Assembly: GCA_040770465.1 (NCBI GenBank)
Contig: JAXGJB010000015.1
Span: 1 to 47,429 of the forward strand
Length of the DNA stretch: 47,429 bases
From: Methanothrix sp.
GTDB taxonomy: Archaea; Halobacteriota; Methanosarcinia; Methanotrichales; Methanotrichaceae
Direction of reading: 5' to 3'
The translations under genes and the position numbers were made by a program. The notes beneath the pieces are model-generated. The model saw only the letters and a list, made by a program, of their open reading frames with translations. It was not told the DNA's origin and made no database searches. Positions 17,108 through 28,600 of this stretch are shown in pieces; the stretch's first letter is position 1, and every line of letters starts with the position of its first letter.

Positions 17108-19243
17108 TCAGTCCAGCTTGAGAAGCTTCGCGTTCACTGCGACGATGATGGTGCTCATGCTCATCAGAACCGCCCCCACCGCCGGGCTGAGAAGAACGCC
17201 CTGCCCATAGAGGACTCCGGCCGCGAGGGGTATGGCGAAGGCGTTGTACCCCGTGGCCCAGAGAAGGTTCTGAAACATTTTGGAGTAGGTCTTCCTGGAT
17301 AGCCTGATGATGGAGACGACGTCCCGGGGATCGTTTCGGACCAGGACGATGTCGGCGGTCTCCACGGCCACGTCGGTCCCGGCCCCGATGGCTATCCCCA
17401 CGTCGGCTTGGGCGAGGGCCGGAGCGTCGTTGACCCCGTCGCCCACCATGGCCACGGTGTACCTCGCCTGAACCTCCCTGATCTTCTCCGCCTTCTGGTG
17501 GGGGAGGACCTCGGCGAAGAACTCGTCCAGGCCGAGCTCCTCGGCGACCTGCTCTGCGACGTACCTGTTGTCCCCGGTGAGCATCATGCACTTCAGGCCC
17601 ATGGACTTCAGCCTCTCCACCGCCTCCTTCGACTCCGGCCTCACCGAGTCTCCGAGGGCGAGAGCGCCCACCGGCCTTTCATCCTCAAGGAGGAATACGA
17701 CGGTCTTTCCACCCTTCTTCGCCTCCTGCGTCCGCCGATCGTCAAGCTTGATCCCCCCCTCTTCGAGGTAGCCGGGGCTGACCACCTTCAGGCTTCTCGC
17801 GCCGACCACCCCCTGGACGCCCTTTCCTGGTATGGAATCAAAATCCTCCACCTCCAGAGGCTCGATCTCCCTCTCCTTGGCGCCTTTCACGACGCCTGCG
17901 CCTATCGAGTGCTCCGACCGGGACTCTAAGGACGCGGCAAGCCTCAGAACTTCCTCTTCGCCCAGGTCCGATAAGGAAATGACCTCGGCGACCCCGAATT
18001 CCCCCCTGGTGAGGGTCCCGGTCTTGTCGAAGACGACCGCCTCGATCTCCCTCGCCCTCTCGAAGGACTGTCGGTCCCTGATGAGAAGGCCGGAGTTTGC
18101 GGCGAGGGAGGTCGAGACCGCCACCACCAGGGGGATGGCCAGGCCCAGGGCGTGGGGGCAGGTTATCACCATCACGGTGACTGCCCTCTCGATGGCGAAG
18201 GCGAAGTCCCGGCCGTAATAGAGCCAGGCGGCCAGGGTGATGGCCCCCACCGAGAGGGCGATGAGAGTCAGGAAGAAGGCGGCCCGATTGGCGAGGTCCT
18301 GGGTCCTGGACTTGCTCTCCTGAGCCTGGTTTACCAGATCGATCACCGTGCTGAGGTAGGTCTCCTTTCCGGTCTTGGCCACCTCGACCACGAGGGACCC
18401 CTCTCCGTTTATGGACCCGCCGATCACCTCGGAGCCCACCTCCTTGGATACGGGCTTGGACTCCCCGGTGAGGAGGGACTCGTTGACGCTGCTTTTTCCC
18501 TCCACCACCGCACCGTCTACGGGGATCTTCTCCCCGGGCTTGACCATGACCCTGTCGCCTACTTTGAGCACCTCGATCTTTACGTCCTCGACCTCGCCGT
18601 CCCTGATGAGGTGGGCCTCCGAGGGCATTATCTTGGCCAGCTCCTCCAGGGCCCGGGACGCGCCCATCACCGACCGCATCTCCATCCAGTGGCCCAGGAG
18701 CATGATGTCGATCAGGGTCACCAGCTCCCAGAAGAAGAACTTGCCCGGAAGGCCGAAGACTACCGCAGAGCTGTAGAAGTAGGCCACGGAAATGGCGACT
18801 CCGATCAGGGTCATCATCCCCGGCTCTCTCAGAGAGAGCTCCTTTTTGAGGCCTTTCAGGAAGGGCCAGCCGCCGTAGAAGTAGACGAGGGATGACAGGA
18901 TGAAGAGCAGATAAAATGACCCGGGAATGGTGAGGTCGAAGCCTAAGAAGGATTGGATCATGGGGGATAGGGCCAGGACCGGGACTGTGATCAGAATGGA
19001 GACGAAGAACCTCTTTTTGAAGTCCTGGAGCATGGCGGCGTGGTGGCCGCCACCTTTGTGACCTCCCCCGCTTCTTCCTCCATGAGAATCGTGACCTTCG
19101 TCATGCTGGGCTTGGTGGTCTTCCCCGTGATGTTCGTGAGCACCCGCCCAATGGCCTCGATGGCCCTCTGCTGGCTTCTGGTGGCCGGAAGTCAGCGTCT
19201 TGTCGTTCATGCCATCCATCTGTTGAGATTTATCTTCGTTCAT
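17108..19243 (-). CDS. copB: Copper-translocating P1B-3 type ATPase (CopB-like)
   Basis: His-rich N-terminus, TGES, TM CPH motif, DKTGT phosphorylation site, [10 protein letters not shown] and MSMST. Start trimmed to ATG 19243. Confidence 0.92.
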   Translation of the reverse strand: MNEDKSQQMDGMNDKTLTSGHQKPAEGHRGHWAGAHEHHGEDHQAQHDEGHDSHGGRSGGGHKGGGHHAAMLQDFKKRFFVSILITVPVLALSPMIQSFLGFDLTIPGSFYLLFILSSLVYFYGGWPFLKGLKKELSLREPGMMTLIGVAISVAYFYSSAVVFGLPGKFFFWELVTLIDIMLLGHWMEMRSVMGASRALEELAKIMPSEAHLIRDGEVEDVKIEVLKVGDRVMVKPGEKIPVDGAVVEGKSSVNESLLTGESKPVSKEVGSEVIGGSINGEGSLVVEVAKTGKETYLSTVIDLVNQAQESKSRTQDLANRAAFFLTLIALSVGAITLAAWLYYGRDFAFAIERAVTVMVITCPHALGLAIPLVVAVSTSLAANSGLLIRDRQSFERAREIEAVVFDKTGTLTRGEFGVAEVISLSDLGEEEVLRLAASLESRSEHSIGAGVVKGAKEREIEPLEVEDFDSIPGKGVQGVVGARSLKVVSPGYLEEGGIKLDDRRTQEAKKGGKTVVFLLEDERPVGALALGDSVRPESKEAVERLKSMGLKCMMLTGDNRYVAEQVAEELGLDEFFAEVLPHQKAEKIREVQARYTVAMVGDGVNDAPALAQADVGIAIGAGTDVAVETADIVLVRNDPRDVVSIIRLSRKTYSKMFQNLLWATGYNAFAIPLAAGVLYGQGVLLSPAVGAVLMSMSTIIVAVNAKLLKLD

Positions 19244-19628
19244 GGTGACCGATCCCCCACATATAGTGGAGGTTGATGAGTTATATAATAATCGCTCAAA
19301 CGAATCAGAAGCCAAGAAAATGATTCATAAATCCAACCTGATTAGACGAAAAAGATGAGATGTGGATCCAAAGGATATAATAAGGCAAGCCAAGGCCTGG
19401 CTGGGTTAACCGCAGTGCAACGGTTTTCGCTTATCATGTCGACCCTCATGGAGAAGGAAGGCTATGCCCAGATCCGAGATGCAGAGCATACGTTGAGCTG
19501 AATCCAAGTCCCGGCTGGTGTCGGATCTGTCAGTCATAATACAAATTATGAATCATCATTAAAACATCATATTCATTGAGTAATTTCATTTATGGATATT
19601 AAAACGGATTCTTAGGTCTCAAATAGCT

Positions 19629-19637
19629 CTTTATATG
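19629..19637 (+). promoter_or_regulatory. Putative TATA box of the nifH remnant
   Basis: CTTTATATG in an AT-rich stretch about 40 nt before GTG 19675. GGAGGTG RBS at 19660-19666. Confidence 0.45.
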
Positions 19638-19653
19638 CCGCAGAAGTAACTGA

Positions 19654-20178
<525 letters not shown>

Positions 20179-20194
20179 TGATCGGCTGGAGAGC

Positions 20195-20896
20195 TTATCC
20201 GCCGTACCGCCTCTCCATCTCGTCCAGAAAACGGGCCATGAGCCCGTTCATCTCGGGGATGACGTCGACGCCGGCGAGGATCTTTCTATCAGTCTGGACG
20301 TAATCGCCACCGCTCGATAGCTCGTCTGAGCAGTTCTTGATTAGATCGTTGATGCTATCCATCGAGGCCTCCAGATGGAACTGGAGGCCGATGGCCTTTC
20401 CGCACTGGAAGGCCTGGTTTGCACAAGCCTCGCTCTTCGCCGTCCATGCCGCGCCGGGCGGGATCTCGAAGGTGTCGCCGTGCCAATGGAGGGCGACGAA
20501 CCTCTCGGGGAGGACGCCGAATATCTCAGACCGTCTCGCCTCCGGCGTCAGGCTGACGGGGTGCCAGCCGATCTCCCGATGATCGTTTTTGCGGACCTTT
20601 CCGCCCAGAACGTCGGCGATCAGTTGGGCACCAAGACAGATCCCCAGGACGATCTTCCCACCTTCGATCGCCTTCCGGATGAAAATCTTCTCCTCCGCCA
20701 GCCAGGGGTACTTCTCGTCTTCGTAGATGTTCATGGGGCCGCCCATGATCACAAGCATGTCGTAATCTTCGAGCTCGGGAAGGGGATCGCCCCGAAAGAG
20801 GAGAGTTCTGGTGATATCGTGGCCCTTATCTCGCGCCCAAGTCTCGATCATCGCCATGTCCTCGAAGGGGACGTGCTGAAGGTAGTGAAGCCTCAT
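20195..20896 (-). CDS. Class I glutamine amidotransferase (stand-alone, GuaA-like)
   Basis: QHVPFE, MGGPM, nucleophile GICLGAQ, HWHGD and GLQFHLE (His-Glu of the triad). Confidence 0.92.
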   Translation of the reverse strand: MRLHYLQHVPFEDMAMIETWARDKGHDITRTLLFRGDPLPELEDYDMLVIMGGPMNIYEDEKYPWLAEEKIFIRKAIEGGKIVLGICLGAQLIADVLGGKVRKNDHREIGWHPVSLTPEARRSEIFGVLPERFVALHWHGDTFEIPPGAAWTAKSEACANQAFQCGKAIGLQFHLEASMDSINDLIKNCSDELSSGGDYVQTDRKILAGVDVIPEMNGLMARFLDEMERRYGG

Positions 20897-20937
20897 ATCT
20901 CGTCACCGGGATGCCTTTGAACGACATATCAACTGCA

Positions 20938-21010
20938 AGAGAAAAAGATAGATAAATAAAAGGGAGGAGGGCAGAGAGGAGGTCTCTCGCCATCGAAAGA
21001 CCCCCCCCCT
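20938..21010 (-). terminator. Hairpin plus T-rich tract downstream of glnK
   Basis: Minus strand GGGGGGTCTTTCG-ATGG-CGAGAGACCTCC followed by TTTTATTTATCTATCTTTTTC. Confidence 0.55.
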
Positions 21011-21015
21011 CGCCT

Positions 21016-21354
21016 TCAGAGGGATTCCTCGCCGTGCTCGCCAGTCCTGACCCTTATGGCCTCCTCGATCGGGCTTATGAAGATCTTTCCGTCGCCGATC
21101 TGCCCCGTCTTGGCGATGGAGCAGATGGTATCGACGACCTCCTGGACCTCCTCGTCTTTCACCACCATCTCGATCTTGGTCTTGGGGATCATGTCGACGA
21201 CGTACTCTGCGCCTCTCCACTGCTGGGTGATCCCCTTCTGCTTTCCGCGCCCTTTGACCTCGGTTACCGTCATCGAGACGTAGCCCTTCTCATCAAGGGC
21301 GTTCTTGACCGCCTCGAAGGTGGTCGTCCTGATGATCGCTTTGACCTCTTTCAC
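21016..21354 (-). CDS. glnK: P-II nitrogen regulatory protein
   Basis: KAIIR, EVKGRGKQ, T-loop WRGAEY, TGQIGDGKIF and IRVRTGE. Directly follows amt; GTG start at 21354. Confidence 0.95.
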   Translation of the reverse strand: MKEVKAIIRTTTFEAVKNALDEKGYVSMTVTEVKGRGKQKGITQQWRGAEYVVDMIPKTKIEMVVKDEEVQEVVDTICSIAKTGQIGDGKIFISPIEEAIRVRTGEHGEESL

Positions 21355-21355
21355 T

Positions 21356-22729
21356 TTAATCACCTCTGCCGGTCTCGGAATAGATGAAGTTCGGATAGGC
21401 CACCATCCCGTGCTCGCTCAGATCAAGGCCCGCGATCTCCTCGGAGGCCTCAACCCGGATCCCTATGGTCTTCTTCAATACGAAGAATATGACGAGTCCG
21501 AGGCCGAAGGCCCATGCGAAGTTCACAACGACGCTGATCACCTGGGCGACGAAGAACCCGCTGTCGCCGTGGAGGAGGCCCGCGACCCCGCCGTAGCTAC
21601 CGTCGGCGAAGATGCCGAGGGCCAGAAGGCCCCAGGCACCGTTGACGCCGTGGACGCTGATCGCGCCGACGGGGTCGTCGACGTGGAGCTTCCAGTCCAT
21701 GAACCAGACGCTGGCCACCACCAGGAACCCGGCGATTATCCCGATCAGGACGGAGGCTGAGGGCGTGACCCAGGCGCAGCCCGCGGTGATGGCGACGAGG
21801 CCTGCGACAGCCCCGTTTCCTGCCATGCCGACGTCAGGCTTACCGTGCCAGGCCCAGGTGATGAACATGGCCACCGCCATGGCCGCGGCGGCGGCGAGGG
21901 TCGTATTCGCGGCGATGACCGAGACTCGGAGATCGTTTCCGACGAGGGTGCTGCCGCAGTTGAACCCGTACCACCCGAACCAGAGGATGAAGACTCCCAG
22001 GGCGCCGAGGGTTATGCTGTGGCCTGGGATGGCGTTCGGCGTTCCGTCCCTCTGGTATTTGCCGATCCGCGGGCCGAGGAGGAGCGCTCCCGCCAGGGCG
22101 ACCCATCCGCCGAGGGCGTGGACGACGCCGGATCCGGCGAAGTCGAGGGCGCCCATCGCAGAGAGAAAGCCGCCGCCCCAGACCCAGTGGCCGTAGAGGG
22201 GATAGATCACCGCCGTGATCGAAGCGCTGATGACGATGTAGGTGCTGAACTTGCACCTCTCCGCAACAGCGCCGGAGACTATCGTTGCCGCCGTAGCAGC
22301 GAAGACCATCTGGAAGAACCAGGACTCGATCGTCGAAACGTCGTAGGCGTCCCCGGAGAGGAAGAAGCCGCCCCAGCCCATCACTCCAGCGATCAGCTCA
22401 GTTGTGCCGTACATCACGGCGAAGCCGACGGCCCAGTAGGCGAGAGCGCCGATGGAGAAGTCCATCATGTTCTTCATCATGATGTTGGCGGCGTTCTTCG
22501 ACCTCGTGAAACCCGTCTCCAGCATGGCGAATCCTGTTTGCATGAACATCACCAGAAATCCGCACATCAGCACCCAGACGAAGTCCAGGGCGGCTGCGGG
22601 GTTCTCCTCGATGGTGATCTCGCCGGAGGGGTCGGCGGCCAGGACAGGAGACGCCAGGAGGGTCAGGAGGAGCAAGGCGGCGAGAGCTGCAAGGCCAGTC
22701 CAGCCAGCTCCGAATTTTGAATCTTTCAT
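21356..22729 (-). CDS. amtB: Ammonium transporter
   Basis: FMQTGFAMLE, FQMVFA, GAVAER, DFAGSGVVH, LWFGWYGFN and VDDPVGAISVHG, with both pore His residues present. Confidence 0.96.
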   Translation of the reverse strand: MKDSKFGAGWTGLAALAALLLLTLLASPVLAADPSGEITIEENPAAALDFVWVLMCGFLVMFMQTGFAMLETGFTRSKNAANIMMKNMMDFSIGALAYWAVGFAVMYGTTELIAGVMGWGGFFLSGDAYDVSTIESWFFQMVFAATAATIVSGAVAERCKFSTYIVISASITAVIYPLYGHWVWGGGFLSAMGALDFAGSGVVHALGGWVALAGALLLGPRIGKYQRDGTPNAIPGHSITLGALGVFILWFGWYGFNCGSTLVGNDLRVSVIAANTTLAAAAAMAVAMFITWAWHGKPDVGMAGNGAVAGLVAITAGCAWVTPSASVLIGIIAGFLVVASVWFMDWKLHVDDPVGAISVHGVNGAWGLLALGIFADGSYGGVAGLLHGDSGFFVAQVISVVVNFAWAFGLGLVIFFVLKKTIGIRVEASEEIAGLDLSEHGMVAYPNFIYSETGRGD

Positions 22730-22830
22730 GGATCTTCACCCGATATCTATCATATACATGTCATTATTCACGAAATTTTTCCATCCATCTCGCTCATCTG
22801 CTGATAGAGTCGCTGCTTTCTGAATCTGTT

Positions 22831-22918
22831 GGGATTCGGACCTGATTTCCGATCCCTTCGCAGCTCTTCGGAGATGGCCTCCGAACTCACTGCGATGAGG
22901 TGCCTCCGGGATTATAAA
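22831..22918 (-). promoter_or_regulatory. amtB promoter: TATA box plus two tandem TCGGA-N7-TCCGA palindromes
   Basis: Minus-strand TTTATAAT at 22918-22911. Palindromes at 22836-22852 and 22868-22884, centres 32 bp apart. Confidence 0.6.
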
Positions 22919-23087
22919 AAGTAATTTGATACAGTTTCATACGGGTTATGAAAGCCGATTAAGAATTGGGATGATCGCCATAGGTCTTATTCCGCATCTA
23001 ACGAATTTAATACATGATGATATAATGACTGGATGTATGGCAAGCTTGGCCTAGATGGTTAAAAACACTTCCTGATGGGTTTTAGTA

Positions 23088-23170
23088 TGCGGGGAACGGG
23101 ATTCGAACCCGCGAACTCCTGCGAGACGGGATCTTAAGTCCCGCGCCTTTGGCCACTTGGCAACCCCCGC
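23088..23170 (-). tRNA. tRNA-Leu(TAA), intronless, CCA not encoded
   Basis: GCGGGGG acceptor, TGCCAAGTGG D-arm, CGGGA-CTTAAGA-TCCCG anticodon arm, long variable arm, GGTTCGAATCC T-arm. TTTAAA box upstream at about 23208-23213. Confidence 0.96.
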
Positions 23171-23303
23171 CCGAGAATCGACGGCGAAACCGTGATGCTC
23201 CACAGCTTTTAAACGATTTGCGCCGATGGATGCGGAGTTGAAGCGCGCAAGATAAATAGTTTCCCGCAAGTGCAGACCTCCTCCGAACGGCGAAGGTGAG
23301 GCG

Positions 23304-23726
23304 ATGTCCCGACGCGAAGACGGCGATCTCCGACCATCGGTCCGTCGATCCCAGAAGAAAGACGACGACCGAGAGGAAAGCCAGGGCGAAAACCGAGAAA
23401 GGCATCAGGACGAGACTTACGAAGCCGAGAAGTACGACTTTTTGACCTTCATGAGGGCGGCCGGATTCGAGGAGGACGAGCTTTTGGCCGTGATCTGCGA
23501 GCTTGACGCCTACAAGTCCATACCCGGAACCACCCTCCGAAGGTACGTCAACCGGGTCCAAAGCTCCGTCGAGACGGACTGCAGGCTCGCCTTCCTCAAG
23601 GGCGTGATCGTCGGTACGGCGATCTGCGAGAACCTGGTGGCCGAGGAGGGCGACCTCGACGGGCGGATCGACGCCGAGGTGAAGAGGAGACTCCAGCTGA
23701 TCCTAAACGACCTGGACCGGGTATGA
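23304..23726 (+). CDS. Hypothetical protein
   Basis: GGTGAGG RBS, GC3 bias, charged N-terminus followed by a helical domain. Confidence 0.7.
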   Translation: MSRREDGDLRPSVRRSQKKDDDREESQGENRERHQDETYEAEKYDFLTFMRAAGFEEDELLAVICELDAYKSIPGTTLRRYVNRVQSSVETDCRLAFLKGVIVGTAICENLVAEEGDLDGRIDAEVKRRLQLILNDLDRV

Positions 23727-23834
23727 TTTTATCGATTCGATCTTATATTTGCCATTATTTTCGCCAGATCGGATGCGCATCTTGAATCTGCCCCGCGCCC
23801 AAACCTGTTATACCCTGAGTTCAATTCCACCCCC

Positions 23835-24317
23835 ATGGAGAAAGGGATCTACACCCTCGTCCTCAGCCTCTCGGCGGATCAGACCGTTGAGGTCGGCTCC
23901 CTCGGCCCCGTACTCTTCTCGAAAGGCTACTACGCCTACACCGGCTCAGCCCGGGGACCCGGCGGCCTCTCTCGGGTGAAGCGACACCTGCGAGTGATGG
24001 AGGGGAAGAACCAAACCCGCCGGTGGCACATCGACCGCCTCCTCGCCTTCGCGACCCTGGTGGAGGTGGTGGCGACGAAGACCGAAGAGGACCTGGAGTG
24101 CGCCATAGCCCGCCTGATCGGCGAGCGGCTCTCCGGCGTCCCCAAATTCGGCTGCACCGACTGCCGGTGCTCCAGCCACCTCCACTTCTCCCCGGATCGC
24201 GAGGTGATCCTCTCGGCGGTGAGGTCAGCCCACGCCCGGGGTCCCCTATCAGTTTCAGACGAAAAAGAGCCAACGGATGAAGACCGCCGAAAAGACGACC
24301 AGGCCGCAGAGGGTTAG
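23835..24317 (+). CDS. GIY-YIG (Uri superfamily, DUF123) nuclease-like protein
   Basis: KGIYTL, GYYAYTGSA, RVKRH, WHIDRL, ECAIA and FGCTDCRCSSHL. Confidence 0.88.
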   Translation: MEKGIYTLVLSLSADQTVEVGSLGPVLFSKGYYAYTGSARGPGGLSRVKRHLRVMEGKNQTRRWHIDRLLAFATLVEVVATKTEEDLECAIARLIGERLSGVPKFGCTDCRCSSHLHFSPDREVILSAVRSAHARGPLSVSDEKEPTDEDRRKDDQAAEG

Positions 24318-25481
24318 GGGGATGGTGTACCCCCGGAGGGCCTCTTTGAGACCCGAGTTCGTCGTCTCCCTCACCAGCCAGAAGTAGGGGTCGCTGACGC
24401 ATGAGAGGACGAACGCCCCCGCCGCGATCGAGAAGAGGAGGGTGGTCGGCTCCAGGGGAAGCTCCTTCAGAATCTCGCCAGCGACCACCGCCGTCACCAC
24501 CCTCGACCCCTGGGCGAGCTGGATCAGGGAGGACACAAGGAAGGGGAGGACCACCACCGGAACTATGGGGGCGATCCTCGCGAAGAGCTCGGGGCCGATG
24601 CCGCCCTGGGCGATGACGTACCCGAAGGCTCCGGCGCCGCAGAGATCGAAGATGATGACCCCCGCCCTCCTGGTCGCTTTTTTGATCATCTCGCCGGCTC
24701 CGCCTCCGGCCAGGGCCGCCGAGAGGAGTGCCCCGGCGAGGAGGGCAACCTCCGGCGACCCCACCATCCTCGCCTCGGGCGATAGGAGGCCCGCGCCGAT
24801 CAGGACCAGAGGAAGTGCGAGAGGCGCCCACGAAACGAGCCGCGGCGGGAGGGGGCCCCTCTCGCCGCGGGGCTCACCCTCGCCGACGGGAAGGCGGAGA
24901 AGGAAGATGGACGCCGGAATGAAGAGGAGGACGGATACGGGGAGGCCGAACTTCAGGGCTTCGGCCGGCGACACACCCAGAGTTCCTGTGAGGGCGACCA
25001 CCACCGGCGACGGATAGACCAGGTTGTATGAGATCACAGAGAACGCTGCCGTCGTGTACAGATACCTTCTGCCGGAGCCCTCCGCCTTTCGTCCCATCCC
25101 CCCGACCACCGGCTCCAGGATCAGGTAAGCGGTCAAGCAGCACATCGCGGGCAGGGCCAGAAGATAGCCCGACAGCCCCGAGGCAAAAAGCCCCCTCCTT
25201 TTTCCGACGATCCACAAAAGATCCGCGACGATCCGCTCCACACCCCGGGACCGGCGGAGATGCTCGGCGATCACCGACCCCGAGAAGACGACGATCGCGA
25301 GGGCCGAGAAGATCCGGGCCAGCCCCTCCGATACGAACCCAAGAAGCTCGGGCCCCATCCCGGTCATCACCCCGAAGGCGAGGGCCGAGACGACGAGGCT
25401 GATGAAGGGAGAGAGACCAGCTTTCACCGTCATCAGGCTCACAAGAGATATCGCTATCAGGAAAGCGATAAGGGGGTCCAT
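24255..25481 (-). CDS. GntP family H+/anion permease
   Basis: Multi-TM protein with SPFISL, LVYPSP, GAGAFG, LAQGSRVV and SDPYFWLV (GntP-type NDxxFW region). Confidence 0.85.
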   Translation of the reverse strand: MDPLIAFLIAISLVSLMTVKAGLSPFISLVVSALAFGVMTGMGPELLGFVSEGLARIFSALAIVVFSGSVIAEHLRRSRGVERIVADLLWIVGKRRGLFASGLSGYLLALPAMCCLTAYLILEPVVGGMGRKAEGSGRRYLYTTAAFSVISYNLVYPSPVVVALTGTLGVSPAEALKFGLPVSVLLFIPASIFLLRLPVGEGEPRGERGPLPPRLVSWAPLALPLVLIGAGLLSPEARMVGSPEVALLAGALLSAALAGGGAGEMIKKATRRAGVIIFDLCGAGAFGYVIAQGGIGPELFARIAPIVPVVVLPFLVSSLIQLAQGSRVVTAVVAGEILKELPLEPTTLLFSIAAGAFVLSCVSDPYFWLVRETTNSGLKEALRGYTIPLTLCGLVVFSAVFIRWLFFV

Positions 25482-25660
25482 GCCGGGATATATCTCATCA
25501 TACCTATAAAAAGATCCCTCCAGATCCCGTCATACGAGTTGAATAATATCAAAAAAAACTGATGCTGAGGTCAGGATTCTTATATATGGCCCTACCGCCT
25601 AATTGTTCCGAAATTCCTTTATAGAAGGAAAACAATAAAACGTTTACTCAGGGGGAGCTT

Positions 25661-28600
25661 ATGAAGGGTGGCTCATCGACGAAATCCCCCAAAAGGGAAG
25701 GCGCAGTTCATCTGTTCTGGCTAGCTTGCCTCATCCTCTTTACAACATCGACGCCGCTGGCCTCCGCCTGGTCCTTTCCCTTCTCGTTACCCTTCCTCTC
25801 CAGCGCCGATGAAGAGGCCTCTCTTAGCCTCGATCTGGATCGGCCCACGGTGGAATACGGCGGCTCCGTCAACTACACCATCCTTCTAGAAAACTCGGGC
25901 CGAGAGGATCTGACCGACATCTCGATATCTGACAACTTCGGCCAGGTGGGTTTCATCGCCCTCCTCCCGGCAGGCGAATCTTTCGAGATCGAAAGGACGA
26001 CTCCCCCCCTGGAAACGAGCACCCAGCTCAGGGTAGATGCCAGCTCGGAGGGTGAAGAGATGGGGAACGCCGAGGCCGCCGTCCAGGTGGGACTTCCGAG
26101 TGAAGTGGTCTCGATGGAGGATCGGGCCTTTGAAAGTGCTCCTGGCGGCGACGATCAGATCCTGAGGACGATGTCCGCTTCGGCCGAGATCGATCTCGTC
26201 GTCGGGGCCGATCCTGCCACCGTCAGGTCGGGGGAGGGAACGACGGTTAGGATGACCGTCACAAACCGCGGCTCGCTGCCTCTGAAAGCCGTTGATATCT
26301 CCGGCCCCGGCTGGACCGTGGATGGAGGTGACCTCGCCCCCGGTGAGTCCAAGACCTTCTCCCGGACCGAGACGGTCGCTGAAGACCTCTCGACGGAGAT
26401 CGTGGCATCCGGAACCACCGACGGTGGCGAGAGGGCATCAGACCAGGAACAGCTTTCAGTCGGAGTTCGAAGCTCCGACCTCTCGGTCACCGTCATCACC
26501 GCCCAAGCAATTCCTGGAGGACCCACCACCACCGAGTACAGGCTGAAGAACGAGGGCGAGGAGGTATTGAGCCGGGTGACCCTCAAAGACGGATCGGGGG
26601 CCGTTCTTGGAATACTCCCCCAGCTGACCACTGGAGAGTCCAGGAGCCTGACCCAGACCAGCTCCCAGAGTGGGGAGGCTCGCGGTCCCTTCGAGGTGAC
26701 GGCCACCTCGCCGGAGGGGAGAACTGTCAAAGGCGAGGTGACGGTCCAGGCCACCACCACAAAGACCGCCACCTCCTCCGCCACTCACCCGGAAGCGGGA
26801 TCAGGCTCCTCGAAGTCAGCCTCAGTATCCGCCGATCCCGCCTCGCCCTTTGGGTCGATGCCCGAGTTCGATATGGATGTGGACATGGACCTGAACTTCG
26901 ATGAGGGGGACTTGGGGATGGACATCTTCGGGGCGCCGTCAAATCCCGGCGACGCTGAAGGGGTCGGATCCTCCGAGAGCTCAGGGTCTGAAGAACCGGC
27001 TTCAGACCCCGAATTCGGAGGGTTCAATATGGACCTCGACTTCGGCGACTTCGGGTTTGCCGAGAGCTTCGGTCCGTCAACAGTTCCGGAGCAGTCAACA
27101 GTTCCGGATGGGTCCGGCCTCAACGCACCATCCGCGGCCGAGACGAATACTGAAGGGGAGGACGGCTCGCCGGAACTGGTGGTGACCCTCCAGGCCAACA
27201 AGACCCTGGTCCACAAGGGCGACGACATCCGCTACAGATGCTCGGCCGTCAACCGGGGGACCGCGCCCCTGGCGGATGTGGAGATCCGATGCGCGGCCAC
27301 CATGACGACGGCCAGAAACCTCGCCCCCGGAGACGGCCTGCCCCTCGAGGGGGTGATCAGGGCGGACGGCTCCATCAACCTCACGGCATCAGCCTCCGCC
27401 TCTGGGCCCGACGGATCCGAGATCAACGAAGAGGCGCGGCTCCGGATAGAGACGATCTCTCCGGAGCTGAAGATGGAGGTCCAAAAGGACCCAGAGACTA
27501 TCTGCAGAGGCCAGAGGGTCTCCATCGTCGTCAAGCTGGAGAATTCAGGAGACGACACCCTCACAAATGTGGTGGCGTCTGACGGCCTGGGGGAGATTGG
27601 AACGATCCCGATCCTCCGGCCCGGCGAGACGAAGACCCTTTCGAGGAACTCGACCGTCGACGAGAGCCTCAAAGACGATATCATGGTTGTGGCCACCGAC
27701 TCTGCCGGCGATCTACTCACCAGATCCCAGACCCTGGACATCGAGCTATTCGAGCCCGGGCTGAACCTCACCGTCGGGCCGACGACCGCCGCAGCATACC
27801 CCGGAGAAGACGTGGAGGTGGTCTGGACCATCAAGAACTCGGGCAAAGTCGACCTCCTGGACGTGACGATGGAGGTGGATGGGGAGGAGAGCTTCAGGCT
27901 CGCTTCTGTGGCGGCCGGAGGGGCGACGCCGGTATCCTCGGCCCATCAAGCTCTAGAGAGCCGGACGGTTATGGGCAGGGCGGTGGCGAGGACCGCGGGC
28001 GGCGAGACGATATCGGCGGAGACCTCCTTCGATATCAGGGTGATATCGCCGGGGATCAGCCTCAACGTCAGGCCCTCCGAGGTGGAGGCGACCGAAGATA
28101 AGCCCTTCAACCTGACATGCCTTGTGACAAACTCCGGGAACGACCTCCTCAGGGACGTCGTCCTCGCCGAGAGGAGCCTGGGGACCCTGGAGAATATCGG
28201 ACGGCTGGAGCCGGGCGACTTCAAGGTCGTACCTTTCGACTTCTCCGCCGGGACTAATACCACATTGAGGCTGACGGCGACGGGGATCGACTCGATGGGG
28301 GGTAGGGTGAACGACAGCCAGGAGGTGGCGGTGAAGCTCGTCTCCGCCGACATCGAGCTCGCCGTGAGGGCAGAGCCTCAAGAGACGGTTCCGGGAGGGT
28401 CCGTCAACGTGGTCTGCACCGTCGAGAACCGGGGGGACGTCCCCATCTTCAGCACCTTCATCACGGGCGAGTCCCTGGGCCAACTGGGCACCATCGACTA
28501 CATATCCCCGGGCAAGAGCCAGACTCTGGAGAGGGATATCGAAGTCTCCGAGGAGATGGAAGAGGAGATCTCCGCCGAAGGATTCACCAGGGATGGGGCT

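Noticed and set aside
23088-23170. tRNA-Leu as the integration site of an island
   Set aside because: No duplicated tRNA 3' end and no integrase were found in the window. GGGATTCG at 22831 is too short and belongs to the amtB palindrome.
23835-24317. GIY-YIG protein as a homing endonuclease or mobile element
   Set aside because: It is a short DUF123-type protein common in archaea, with no intron, intein or flanking repeats.
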